Source: a virus. From it: a stretch of DNA of 64,000 bases. A program made the position numbers and the translations under genes. Within the stretch, counting starts at the first letter, position 1, and every line of letters begins with the position of its first letter. Under the pieces are notes generated by a model that searched no databases, was not told the origin of the DNA, and was given only the letters and a program-made list of their open reading frames with translations. Where the stretch lies: positions 1-64,000 of IMG/VR virus record IMGVR_UViG_3300035661_000045. The stretch is one strand, 5' to 3'. Below, in pieces: positions 49,175 to 57,670 of the stretch.

Positions 49175-49895
49175 CTATATATTTCATTATTTCATTATCG
49201 TTAAATATTTCATCTATTTTTTTCAAACTACATTTTACTCCAAACTTACTAAATATATTATCTATTAAATCATATGTTGGATCTATAAATAAATCATATC
49301 CATAAGTTCTTAAATAAACTTGTACATTTCCTCTTCTTATAGTTACATCTAATTCATCTTCGATATACTCTTTAATTGCGGTAGTCCACATTCCATATGG
49401 TAAATTTATTTGTAATATATATCCAGGTTTAAATGCAATTAAATTTACTAATACACATTTATCAAAAGATATAAATCCATTTTTAACACTAATATTAAAT
49501 AATGAACATTTACCTTTTAATATATGTGTATTGAATTGCTTAAATGTTTCTTCATTGCAATAAGCTTTAATAAAACTTCTATCATCAACTATTCCTATCC
49601 AATAAAAGAATTTTCCACTCTTAGCATGTTTAAATTCACAGAATTTTACTACTCCGGCAACTTTGATGTTTTTTATATCTATAAGTTGATCAGAAGCTTC
49701 TTTTATTTCTTGAATTTTAGTATAATCATACTTTTCGAGTTTAAGTTTAGCCTCACCCATTATAGATTTTAAATTAACTCCTATAACCTCATTTTCCTGC
49801 GATATAAACCACTCTTTATTTGGATAGTGATATAATTCATGTTTATATAAAAAAGACTCAGTACAATGAGCGCTTACGTCTTTTTGTTTAGTCAT
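49155..49895 (-). CDS. OB-fold protein resembling the C-terminal region of DNA polymerase III alpha
   Basis: E.EVIG, IKVAGVV..., KSGKFFYWIGIVDD..FIKAYC pattern. No polymerase core. Confidence 0.5.
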   Translation of the reverse strand: MTKQKDVSAHCTESFLYKHELYHYPNKEWFISQENEVIGVNLKSIMGEAKLKLEKYDYTKIQEIKEASDQLIDIKNIKVAGVVKFCEFKHAKSGKFFYWIGIVDDRSFIKAYCNEETFKQFNTHILKGKCSLFNISVKNGFISFDKCVLVNLIAFKPGYILQINLPYGMWTTAIKEYIEDELDVTIRRGNVQVYLRTYGYDLFIDPTYDLIDNIFSKFGVKCSLKKIDEIFNDNEIMKYIDEIQNS

Positions 49896-50031
49896 ATCTT
49901 TTTATATTCTGACTTATTTCAAAGTACTTGTATTTTGGAGCTTCATTTATACATTTATGGCAATCGGAAGTTTTAAAATTTCTTTGATAATGTTCGCAAT
50001 TTTTACAACAAGGTTTATCAAACCAACTCAT
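49888..50031 (-). CDS. small Cys-rich protein (47 aa)
   Basis: MSWFDKPCCKNCEHY...DCHKC; fills the gap between neighbouring genes. Confidence 0.5.
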   Translation of the reverse strand: MSWFDKPCCKNCEHYQRNFKTSDCHKCINEAPKYKYFEISQNIKRYD

Positions 50032-50034
50032 AAT

Positions 50035-50322
50035 CTAAAATATAAATAAAAATCCATTATCTTCTCTGTATTGAATATCGACTAATTTTCCTAAATCTTC
50101 ATAAGAATTAGTATCCATATTCTTACATCTTAATTCCATTCCAACATAAATTCTTGGACATTGAGCAATTTCTAAAAACATTTCTTCATCTTCATTATAT
50201 CCAATATACATTTTATCATCAATAGTTAGCACTTTTGCAACTTTTGATTTAGAATTATCTTGTAATGGTATTAGAAATTTTAAGTAATTCTCAGTTTTTT
50301 TGAATAATTTATATTTACTCAT
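50035..50322 (-). CDS. hypothetical protein
   Basis: 95-aa ORF. Confidence 0.6.
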   Translation of the reverse strand: MSKYKLFKKTENYLKFLIPLQDNSKSKVAKVLTIDDKMYIGYNEDEEMFLEIAQCPRIYVGMELRCKNMDTNSYEDLGKLVDIQYREDNGFLFIF

Positions 50323-50324
50323 AA

Positions 50325-50825
50325 TTATTTTTTATTAATCCAAACTACTAATTCATCAAAATCAAATGACCATTTATTTCTTTCAAAGAATGGACTTCCA
50401 ATAATTCCAACAATATCATATCCTTGAAACGGTTCATTAAATGTATTCAATGTTGTTACACTAAATTTCTCTGACTCAAAATTAATTTTATTATATGATA
50501 ACTCAAAATTATAATCAGCCGTTTCTAATTTATTATTAGAATCATTTGACTTTGTTTTACCAATCATTGCTGGTTTTAATTCTATCGTATCAAAATATGA
50601 TTTTTTTAAATAATTAGCATTTGCTCCAGTATCTAATAAAAACCACTCTAATTTGCTATTAATTTTTAGTTTGATAAGTGGTAATCCACATTTTTTAAAA
50701 CTTTTCTCGAAGCAAACTTTATATTTATTTGAATTATCAATTCTTTTTTTTAAATCATTAATTAGAAATGCTAATCCAAATCCTAAAATTAATAATACTA
50801 TTCCTACTCCTATATATCCACCCAT
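50325..50825 (-). CDS. membrane-anchored retropepsin-like aspartic protease
   Basis: N-terminal TM, FLLDTGA catalytic motif, GIIG. Confidence 0.8.
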   Translation of the reverse strand: MGGYIGVGIVLLILGFGLAFLINDLKKRIDNSNKYKVCFEKSFKKCGLPLIKLKINSKLEWFLLDTGANANYLKKSYFDTIELKPAMIGKTKSNDSNNKLETADYNFELSYNKINFESEKFSVTTLNTFNEPFQGYDIVGIIGSPFFERNKWSFDFDELVVWINKK

Positions 50826-50828
50826 TTA

Positions 50829-51224
50829 TTAATTAATTTTATTTTTATTACTATTATACCAAACTATAAATTCTACACATGCAAAAAATACACATTCAAT
50901 TTTGCTTTCAGATTCAATAAATATTGTTTTATTATTTTGTGAATGTTGATAATCTGGTGCCTCATAACTTATTTCAACTCTATGTTTTTTACATAAATAT
51001 GTCTTAGATATATATATTGATATATATTTCAATGATTCTATTTTATCAACAACTTTCATTATCCAATTCCATGAAGAATTATATAGGTTTTTTGTTTGTA
51101 TAACTTTTGGCATGCAATTATTGTCATTATAATAAAAGTGATGTGATATACCATCATATACAATTTTATTGCCCATAAATTCGGCAATTAAATTATTGTT
51201 ATCAATTATTTCATCTTCTGTCAT
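50829..51224 (-). CDS. hypothetical protein (conserved phage family)
   Basis: NNLIAEFMG and Y.SSWNWIM.VVDKIE pattern. Confidence 0.6.
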   Translation of the reverse strand: MTEDEIIDNNNLIAEFMGNKIVYDGISHHFYYNDNNCMPKVIQTKNLYNSSWNWIMKVVDKIESLKYISIYISKTYLCKKHRVEISYEAPDYQHSQNNKTIFIESESKIECVFFACVEFIVWYNSNKNKIN

Positions 51225-52240
51225 TACAATTTTAATATTATTGGATTACATCCGTTATTTTCATACGACTTTCTTGAATAATCAAATTTACCATTTTGTA
51301 GATGCCAATTAGCTGAATTTAAAAGTCCACGCCAATTACATCCATAATTTTCAATAGTAAATTTAATTGTATCATTTTCATTCATTTCCCAAATTAATGG
51401 ATATAAATCATTTTTGTTTATTACCAAAAATTGAAATGGAAGTATTTTAAAGTTTTTAAAATAATCATCTTCTGATATAATTTTATTTAATCCAGCAGAA
51501 TAGGAGCTACCCTGAATCCAGTACGCCCAATCTAAAAATGATTTTTCAAATAGCTCAGAACTTTTTCCTGATGTTTTTAAATCTATTGGAAGAATAGTTC
51601 TTTTTTTATGATTAACTTTACAGATATCCATCATGAAGCGAAATGGAATATTATCAATTTTAGTTTTAAACTTCAATTGATAGAATATCTCTTCATCTTC
51701 ATCACATTCAAATATTTTATAAGTGAATGGATGTGTTTTTAGTGTTTGCACACATTGAATTGCTTCATTAAATTCTTTTGGAGAAATAACTATTTTTCCA
51801 GTAGAATATTTTAAAACTGTGTAATAATCTGAACCTAATTCAATCAACTTTTTAACACGAGTTTCAGATTTCCAATTAGTTTGATATTCAAATTTATCAA
51901 TAATTTCAAGCAATTCATTATCTGTAATATCTAAAAATTCATTTGAAAAAGCTCCATGAACGAAATAAATTTCTTCAACAATCTTTCTTATCGTATCACT
52001 AAACTTATCAATATCTGCTACATAGAACCTATCATCAAATTCTTCTGGTGCAGTAAGTAAACAATCTACTGTTGATCCAGCACGGAGAGCTGGTGTGTCT
52101 ATTTTTTCATTAGATATTAATGCTTTTGGACCATTTTTGAAAAATTGCGATAACTTGCTATAACTTAATGAATTGTCTGCGCGGTAAGTTTGTTCATCTA
52201 CTAACCATGATATATCTTTTAATGATTTATGCATTTGCAT
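51224..52240 (-). CDS. PD-(D/E)xK exonuclease (RecE/ExoVIII-like)
   Basis: LSYSKL, GS.VDCLLT, MD...PIDLKT, Y.IQ...Y. Confidence 0.8.
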   Translation of the reverse strand: MQMHKSLKDISWLVDEQTYRADNSLSYSKLSQFFKNGPKALISNEKIDTPALRAGSTVDCLLTAPEEFDDRFYVADIDKFSDTIRKIVEEIYFVHGAFSNEFLDITDNELLEIIDKFEYQTNWKSETRVKKLIELGSDYYTVLKYSTGKIVISPKEFNEAIQCVQTLKTHPFTYKIFECDEDEEIFYQLKFKTKIDNIPFRFMMDICKVNHKKRTILPIDLKTSGKSSELFEKSFLDWAYWIQGSSYSAGLNKIISEDDYFKNFKILPFQFLVINKNDLYPLIWEMNENDTIKFTIENYGCNWRGLLNSANWHLQNGKFDYSRKSYENNGCNPIILKL

Positions 52241-52586
52241 ATTTTTCTGATAAGTTATTAATTAATTCATCTAAATTATCATATTCTATTGTTCCAATAA
52301 CAATGTCATTTATAATGTCAACATTATCATAACCAAAATTTGGCGGCGATATTAATTTATCTTTAAAGTAATCATTTTTTATTTTAGATATAATTTGATT
52401 AACTTGATAATCTACTCCATAATTAGCTAATAAAGCTTTTAGTTTAATGCATTCTGTATTTAGATTTTCAAAATCAGTATATTCAATTGAATTTCTAATA
52501 GCATTATTGTGCTGACTGATTGGATCAACTACATTTTTTTTAATCTTAGAAGCAATGGCTTCAATTTGTTGTTTATTTAATTTCAT
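52227..52586 (-). CDS. hypothetical protein
   Basis: 119-aa ORF. Confidence 0.6.
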   Translation of the reverse strand: MKLNKQQIEAIASKIKKNVVDPISQHNNAIRNSIEYTDFENLNTECIKLKALLANYGVDYQVNQIISKIKNDYFKDKLISPPNFGYDNVDIINDIVIGTIEYDNLDELINNLSEKYANA

Positions 52587-52588
52587 AT

Positions 52589-52855
52589 TTATTCCTCCTC
52601 ATAATTTAAACATTTATCCATATATGTATCACTTATATCTAAGCCAATTAATAAATAACTTATTTCTTGTAATTTACAATATCTTTCAGTCATATTTTCT
52701 GGTTCACATAATCTATATTCTTTAATCGTTTCAGATCTTATTATATCTGAAATACTATCAAAATCATGATCTTTAATGAATTTTAAAATTAGATTATAAT
52801 CTTTATCATTTAAGACTGATTTTGACAGTAGTTTTAGTTTATCAATTTGCTTCAT
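52589..52855 (-). CDS. hypothetical protein
   Basis: 88-aa ORF. Confidence 0.55.
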   Translation of the reverse strand: MKQIDKLKLLSKSVLNDKDYNLILKFIKDHDFDSISDIIRSETIKEYRLCEPENMTERYCKLQEISYLLIGLDISDTYMDKCLNYEEE

Positions 52856-53033
52856 TTGTTTCTTTTAAGTCATTTATAAAATCATCAATATCGAATAATA
52901 AGTCATCAATCTTATCTATTTCTGAAAATAAATCAATTTCTTTTGCTCCACGAATTACTTCATCACAAATTTTCTTCATATTAAAAATTCTAGATTCTAT
53001 TTCTTTAATTGCATTTAATTTTTTATTTGACAT
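52842..53033 (-). CDS. small coiled-coil protein
   Basis: 63-aa ORF ending in TGA-TAA. Confidence 0.5.
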   Translation of the reverse strand: MSNKKLNAIKEIESRIFNMKKICDEVIRGAKEIDLFSEIDKIDDLLFDIDDFINDLKETNEAN

Positions 53034-53035
53034 CT

Positions 53036-53494
53036 TTATTCTAAGTTTTTAATAAATTCAATACATTCCAATGCTTGTCGTTGTGTGTGAGCTTCAAGAT
53101 AAACTGGCTTATACCATCTATCAACCCATTGATTTTCAAAATAATGAATGAATAGTTTCCTCTTACTAACCCAGTCAAAATTTCCATAACCTTTATTTTC
53201 AATGACAATAAAGTAGTTCTTCCAATATAATGTAAAATCTGGCTTATAAGTTTTCTTCTGTATCTTAAATCGTTGTTTTAAACTTTTTGTATCAGCTCCA
53301 GAATCATTAGGGTGTATTATTATTGATTTCTCAATTAATAACGCAGGGAGAATCTCAAAGACCTCCACTGCGTATTTAAATTCAATACCTAATAACTTTA
53401 ATTGCTTATATGTAAAAACTTCTAATGCACTATCAAATTTTATCCCATCATACTCAACCTTCTTGACATTTTTAACTTTTACATTTTCAGCCAT
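53036..53494 (-). CDS. restriction-fold endonuclease (T7 endo I/DUF1064-like resolvase candidate)
   Basis: DGIKFDSALE, TYKPDF, IENKG. Confidence 0.75.
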   Translation of the reverse strand: MAENVKVKNVKKVEYDGIKFDSALEVFTYKQLKLLGIEFKYAVEVFEILPALLIEKSIIIHPNDSGADTKSLKQRFKIQKKTYKPDFTLYWKNYFIVIENKGYGNFDWVSKRKLFIHYFENQWVDRWYKPVYLEAHTQRQALECIEFIKNLE

Positions 53495-54900
53495 TAGTTT
53501 ACTGGTGTTTTAAATGACATTTCTTTATCATCCATTAAATCAAAATATCCATAAACATCACCATATTTATTTTGACACATTTTATTATAATCTTTACGAA
53601 TTTTAATATAGTCAATCAATATTTTAGACGTTTCTTCTGAATATGAAAATTCAATTACATCTTTTAATGTAATATTATTTGATGGAGTACCATTTTCTGC
53701 ATAATTTAAAATAGCCATACAAATATATAACCAATTCACAAGTTTATCAATATTAGTTGATGCGTTATGAATTCTAAATTCTACAGTTTTAATGTTACTT
53801 CCAAATAACATGTTAATGAAATTAACAAAATAATATCGAGAATGTACTTCCCATTTTCTATCACGTCTTGGATCATTAGGATGAGGTCTTGTTAAACTTC
53901 CATCCCAATCAGCATTTCCATTAGCTAAAAAATTGTATAAAAATTCCATAGAGTTCATTTTCTGTGGAAGTCTCTTACAATAATCCTTACCATTAGATTT
54001 ATATTTACTTGTACTGTAAACGTAATATGGAAATAATTCTCCAATTTCTTCTTGCAAAGAATAACACAGATTATATAAAGTAAGAATTTTGTCTTCCTCT
54101 ACTGGGAATCCTCCTAAATGCAAATGAACAGAACAATCTCTATTAATGGAGCAGCTCTCATTTAATTCTTTCATTTGATTTGCTAATAAATTAATTCCAT
54201 TAATACCCTTCATTGGAATAGTAGTATATTCATGACCACTAATAGAACCATCTCTTAATGGAATTAAACCTAATTGCTTACATTTGTATTCTGGTATAAT
54301 ACCAGAAGCTGTTTCAATTTCAAATCCAAAAGAATATTTGTCAATTACTTCATCATATCCATTCGTCTTAATTAATTGTTTAGTATATTTAGAATTATCA
54401 ACTTTAGAAAACCTTTCAATAAGATTCTCAGAGTTATATAATCTTTCAAATGAATATACATAAGCATTACCACGTTTATCTTTAGCTTTATCAAAATTTA
54501 TTGAATAAGCATATTTATAATCAAAGAAAGCTCCATCTTGTTCACTAAATATCTTGGGAATACTATCAAATAATTCTTTACTGCAAACTATATATCGTCC
54601 ATATTGAGTAGTTATACTGTAGTCACATTCAAAATCTTTTTCAAACTTTCCATAATTATAGTTTGAATTTTCCTTATTATATCCTATAATTCCATCTATT
54701 ACATTAGGGTTTAATTTTCTCCATTCTTTTTTTAGATCATCAAAATAAATACGTGGATTTCCTTTACGAAACCAACGACCTTCGATATTAAAACAATCAA
54801 TATTCTTTTCGTAATATTCTCCATTTATGGAAATACAGTTTTTTTTATTAACTGTATTCCCAAATATTGTTGTTACCTTTATTTCATTAATGTTTCGCAT
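53494..54900 (-). CDS. amidoligase (COOH-NH2 ligase, Amidoligase_2-like)
   Basis: FGFEIET, DGSI.G.EY.T.P, CSVHLH, RY..VN, TVEFR. Confidence 0.8.
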   Translation of the reverse strand: MRNINEIKVTTIFGNTVNKKNCISINGEYYEKNIDCFNIEGRWFRKGNPRIYFDDLKKEWRKLNPNVIDGIIGYNKENSNYNYGKFEKDFECDYSITTQYGRYIVCSKELFDSIPKIFSEQDGAFFDYKYAYSINFDKAKDKRGNAYVYSFERLYNSENLIERFSKVDNSKYTKQLIKTNGYDEVIDKYSFGFEIETASGIIPEYKCKQLGLIPLRDGSISGHEYTTIPMKGINGINLLANQMKELNESCSINRDCSVHLHLGGFPVEEDKILTLYNLCYSLQEEIGELFPYYVYSTSKYKSNGKDYCKRLPQKMNSMEFLYNFLANGNADWDGSLTRPHPNDPRRDRKWEVHSRYYFVNFINMLFGSNIKTVEFRIHNASTNIDKLVNWLYICMAILNYAENGTPSNNITLKDVIEFSYSEETSKILIDYIKIRKDYNKMCQNKYGDVYGYFDLMDDKEMSFKTPVN

Positions 54901-56476
54901 AAATACTTTTTAAATTTCTTTTAATCATCTTTTTAACTTCATTCTTTGATATTTTGCCAGATAATATTTGATTATCTAATGCTTGTTTTTCAGTTGGCAT
55001 ATAATAATATGAACATGCATTACTATATTCATAATGCCAAGTTATACTTCCATTTTTAACAATATATCTATCTCTTTTAAAATTAAAGAAAGGTTCAAAC
55101 CAACCATTAAATAATTCTGTATCCATAAGTTCTTTATTATATGTATAAAAATCTATAAAAACTACTTCTGGTAATTCATAAGATATATATGGTACTGGTG
55201 TTGGTGAATAAGCAGCTAAATACATTTCTATACAATCATCATCTTCTGCAAAATTTTGACTCACGAATTGAGTTGCACATAAATAATCAAAATAACTTGC
55301 CATAAGTACTCCATATACAAAATAATACATATTTTTAGCTACCGTTGTAATATTTACAAATCCCGCAGGAGTAGCTTCTATTGGTCCATTGCATGGAGTT
55401 CCATTAATATAATATAGTCCATCTGTATTGAAATATATTTTATCTTTATATTGATGTAATGGTTTTAAAATACAATCGGTAGCTCCATTTTCCAATATAT
55501 TAGCATTATATTCACTTCTTTCACTATATCTATTATAATTATTATTTTGACCCCATATGTCTTCATAGTTATCATAATGATGATAATTTCTTACATCATT
55601 TTTAGCTCTATCAGCCTTTTGCTTTTCCCAATTAACCTGAAGTTTGTCCGCCTGCTTTCTTTTAGATCTATCAATATAATCTTCAGCTATTACTTTGCCG
55701 TTTTTAATTGTCAATAAGGTATTGCTAATAATATTCTCAACCTTTGCATCGCTTTCATTTATAAACTCAAGAGATTCTTCCATAGATGAAAACCAGAATG
55801 AATTATTTTCTTTAATATAAAATAATGGTCTTTCAATATAAACTGTATCATCGTTTTCATAATACATTGAAGCTCCTCTAAATACTTTAATAGTATCATT
55901 TCCATCTCTTCCATCCCAAAATACAAATGCTCCAGCACCATCATATTCTGATAATACTTCATATCCAGCCTTATATACTGTTTTGCAAAATATCTGAGAA
56001 TCAGTTTCTGTGAATGCGAAATCTACATTATATTTATTTGCAAGTTCTTTGTAGTTTACTAAAGTTCCATTATGAATCATTGCAAAAACAACCTTGTTAT
56101 TTGCATTCCTGATAATCACTGGTTGAGCAGTTTCCAAACTAATCCCACCCACTGACGCTTTACGGCAATGCAATAATGCGAAATCTGGTGATTCAAGATC
56201 TACATCTTTTAATCCACCAAGTTCTACAAAATTTTTATAAAGTTTTGTTTTATCATGTCCATAACGTACTGATTTATTATCATCTTTACCTACAAATATG
56301 CCACAAGAATCTCCTCCTCGCGAATCATTATATAATCCAAGAATATTGAATTTTTGTTTATTAAAATTATTTCCTATGTAACCTGCAATTCCACAATAGA
56401 GCGAATTCATTTTGGGTTTAAATATATACAGTCCAATATAATGCAGTAATAGTAGAATTAGTGTTAGATTTACCAT
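54887..56476 (-). CDS. class II (Ntn) glutamine amidotransferase
   Basis: CGIAG, RGGDSCG, HCRKAS, HNGTL, TDS. The catalytic Cys is preceded by a leader peptide. Confidence 0.85.
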   Translation of the reverse strand: MVNLTLILLLLHYIGLYIFKPKMNSLYCGIAGYIGNNFNKQKFNILGLYNDSRGGDSCGIFVGKDDNKSVRYGHDKTKLYKNFVELGGLKDVDLESPDFALLHCRKASVGGISLETAQPVIIRNANNKVVFAMIHNGTLVNYKELANKYNVDFAFTETDSQIFCKTVYKAGYEVLSEYDGAGAFVFWDGRDGNDTIKVFRGASMYYENDDTVYIERPLFYIKENNSFWFSSMEESLEFINESDAKVENIISNTLLTIKNGKVIAEDYIDRSKRKQADKLQVNWEKQKADRAKNDVRNYHHYDNYEDIWGQNNNYNRYSERSEYNANILENGATDCILKPLHQYKDKIYFNTDGLYYINGTPCNGPIEATPAGFVNITTVAKNMYYFVYGVLMASYFDYLCATQFVSQNFAEDDDCIEMYLAAYSPTPVPYISYELPEVVFIDFYTYNKELMDTELFNGWFEPFFNFKRDRYIVKNGSITWHYEYSNACSYYYMPTEKQALDNQILSGKISKNEVKKMIKRNLKSIYAKH

Positions 56477-56815
56477 TTATTTTGTTTTTAGTCGTTTAAA
56501 TTGTTTGTAAAGATAGTCAATTGGATGTAATTTCTCATTTGAAATATCCCAAAATGCATTATACATTAACATTAATTCTTCTGAAGTCTTATGATTTAAT
56601 AATGAATTAATTTTAATCCATAATTTTGTCATGCAAAATTCAAACCAATGAATATGAAATAGACCTATTGGTTCTTGCTCAAATTCTATAAATACTTGAG
56701 TTCCACTGTAATTTTCATTAATATCCAAATCAATTCGCATATATAATGGAAATAATTCTCTACACATTTCCAATAATTTTAATTTATGCGAATTTGTTAA
56801 TTCTATTGGATTCAT
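56477..56815 (-). CDS. hypothetical protein
   Basis: 112-aa ORF with KLLEMC.ELFP, IHWFEFC and HPIDYLY. Confidence 0.6.
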   Translation of the reverse strand: MNPIELTNSHKLKLLEMCRELFPLYMRIDLDINENYSGTQVFIEFEQEPIGLFHIHWFEFCMTKLWIKINSLLNHKTSEELMLMYNAFWDISNEKLHPIDYLYKQFKRLKTK

Positions 56816-56816
56816 A

Positions 56817-57629
56817 TTAATAGTTTAAATTTATTTTATATTTTGTAACAATTTTTTTAGCTTCATCAACATTTCCTGAATTGATAGTTTCAATAATCCA
56901 ATCTTTATCATTATTGATTTCTTCAATACCAAATTCATTTAAATAATTAATAGCTTCAAAAGCTTGTCCAAATATATATTCAGTTATTTTCGGATTGCTT
57001 AAAAAGAATCCACTTAACACTCGATATTCAGCACCAAAAATAGTATGACGAAAGCAACCAGCTTTACCATATAAACTACGACGTTTAGTATCTGTATCAA
57101 TTATTATTGATGGGATTCCAGCAAATACATCCATAGCTTTTATCAAATCACGAGAACGTTTAGCTGTTTTATTGTCATATCCAAGATGAACGTGTACTCC
57201 ACAGCTTCTGAGTGTGGTTGTAGCTCCCTCTGGCTTTTGATTAACACTATTTGTCCATGCATTATAATCAGGACTACAACCAAATTCTTTAGCTTCATCT
57301 GAAGTTAATTGATCTTCATCATAAACTCCTGAAGCTGCATATACTGGATGTAAACTCTGACTTTCTAATAATCCACTAATATAAGCTTTCATTATTGAAA
57401 TATTATTAGTGATTTCTTTTGCTGAATAAGCATAAGGTACATTGAATTCGCCAAGAACATTATCCTTTTGAATTGCAAATCCTACTCCTAGAAATTTTAA
57501 TTTATTAGGAATATCTTTAGTTCCTTCAATAATTCCTATTGAAGAAATTAATTTACCATCATTGTTTTGTATGAAAAACTCTGGATCAGTTCCAATTGTA
57601 ATGTTTTTGTATTGAAAATTTTCTTGCAT
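56817..57629 (-). CDS. phiEco32-like COOH-NH2 ligase type 2
   Basis: IGTDPEFF, DNVL.EFN, FGC.PD.NAW, RSCG.H.HLG, RR.LYGKAG.FR, EYR.LS. Confidence 0.85.
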   Translation of the reverse strand: MQENFQYKNITIGTDPEFFIQNNDGKLISSIGIIEGTKDIPNKLKFLGVGFAIQKDNVLGEFNVPYAYSAKEITNNISIMKAYISGLLESQSLHPVYAASGVYDEDQLTSDEAKEFGCSPDYNAWTNSVNQKPEGATTTLRSCGVHVHLGYDNKTAKRSRDLIKAMDVFAGIPSIIIDTDTKRRSLYGKAGCFRHTIFGAEYRVLSGFFLSNPKITEYIFGQAFEAINYLNEFGIEEINNDKDWIIETINSGNVDEAKKIVTKYKINLNY

Positions 57630-57670
57630 AATTTAAAATTTTGTTATTGTTGTTTTTATATTTTAATTAA

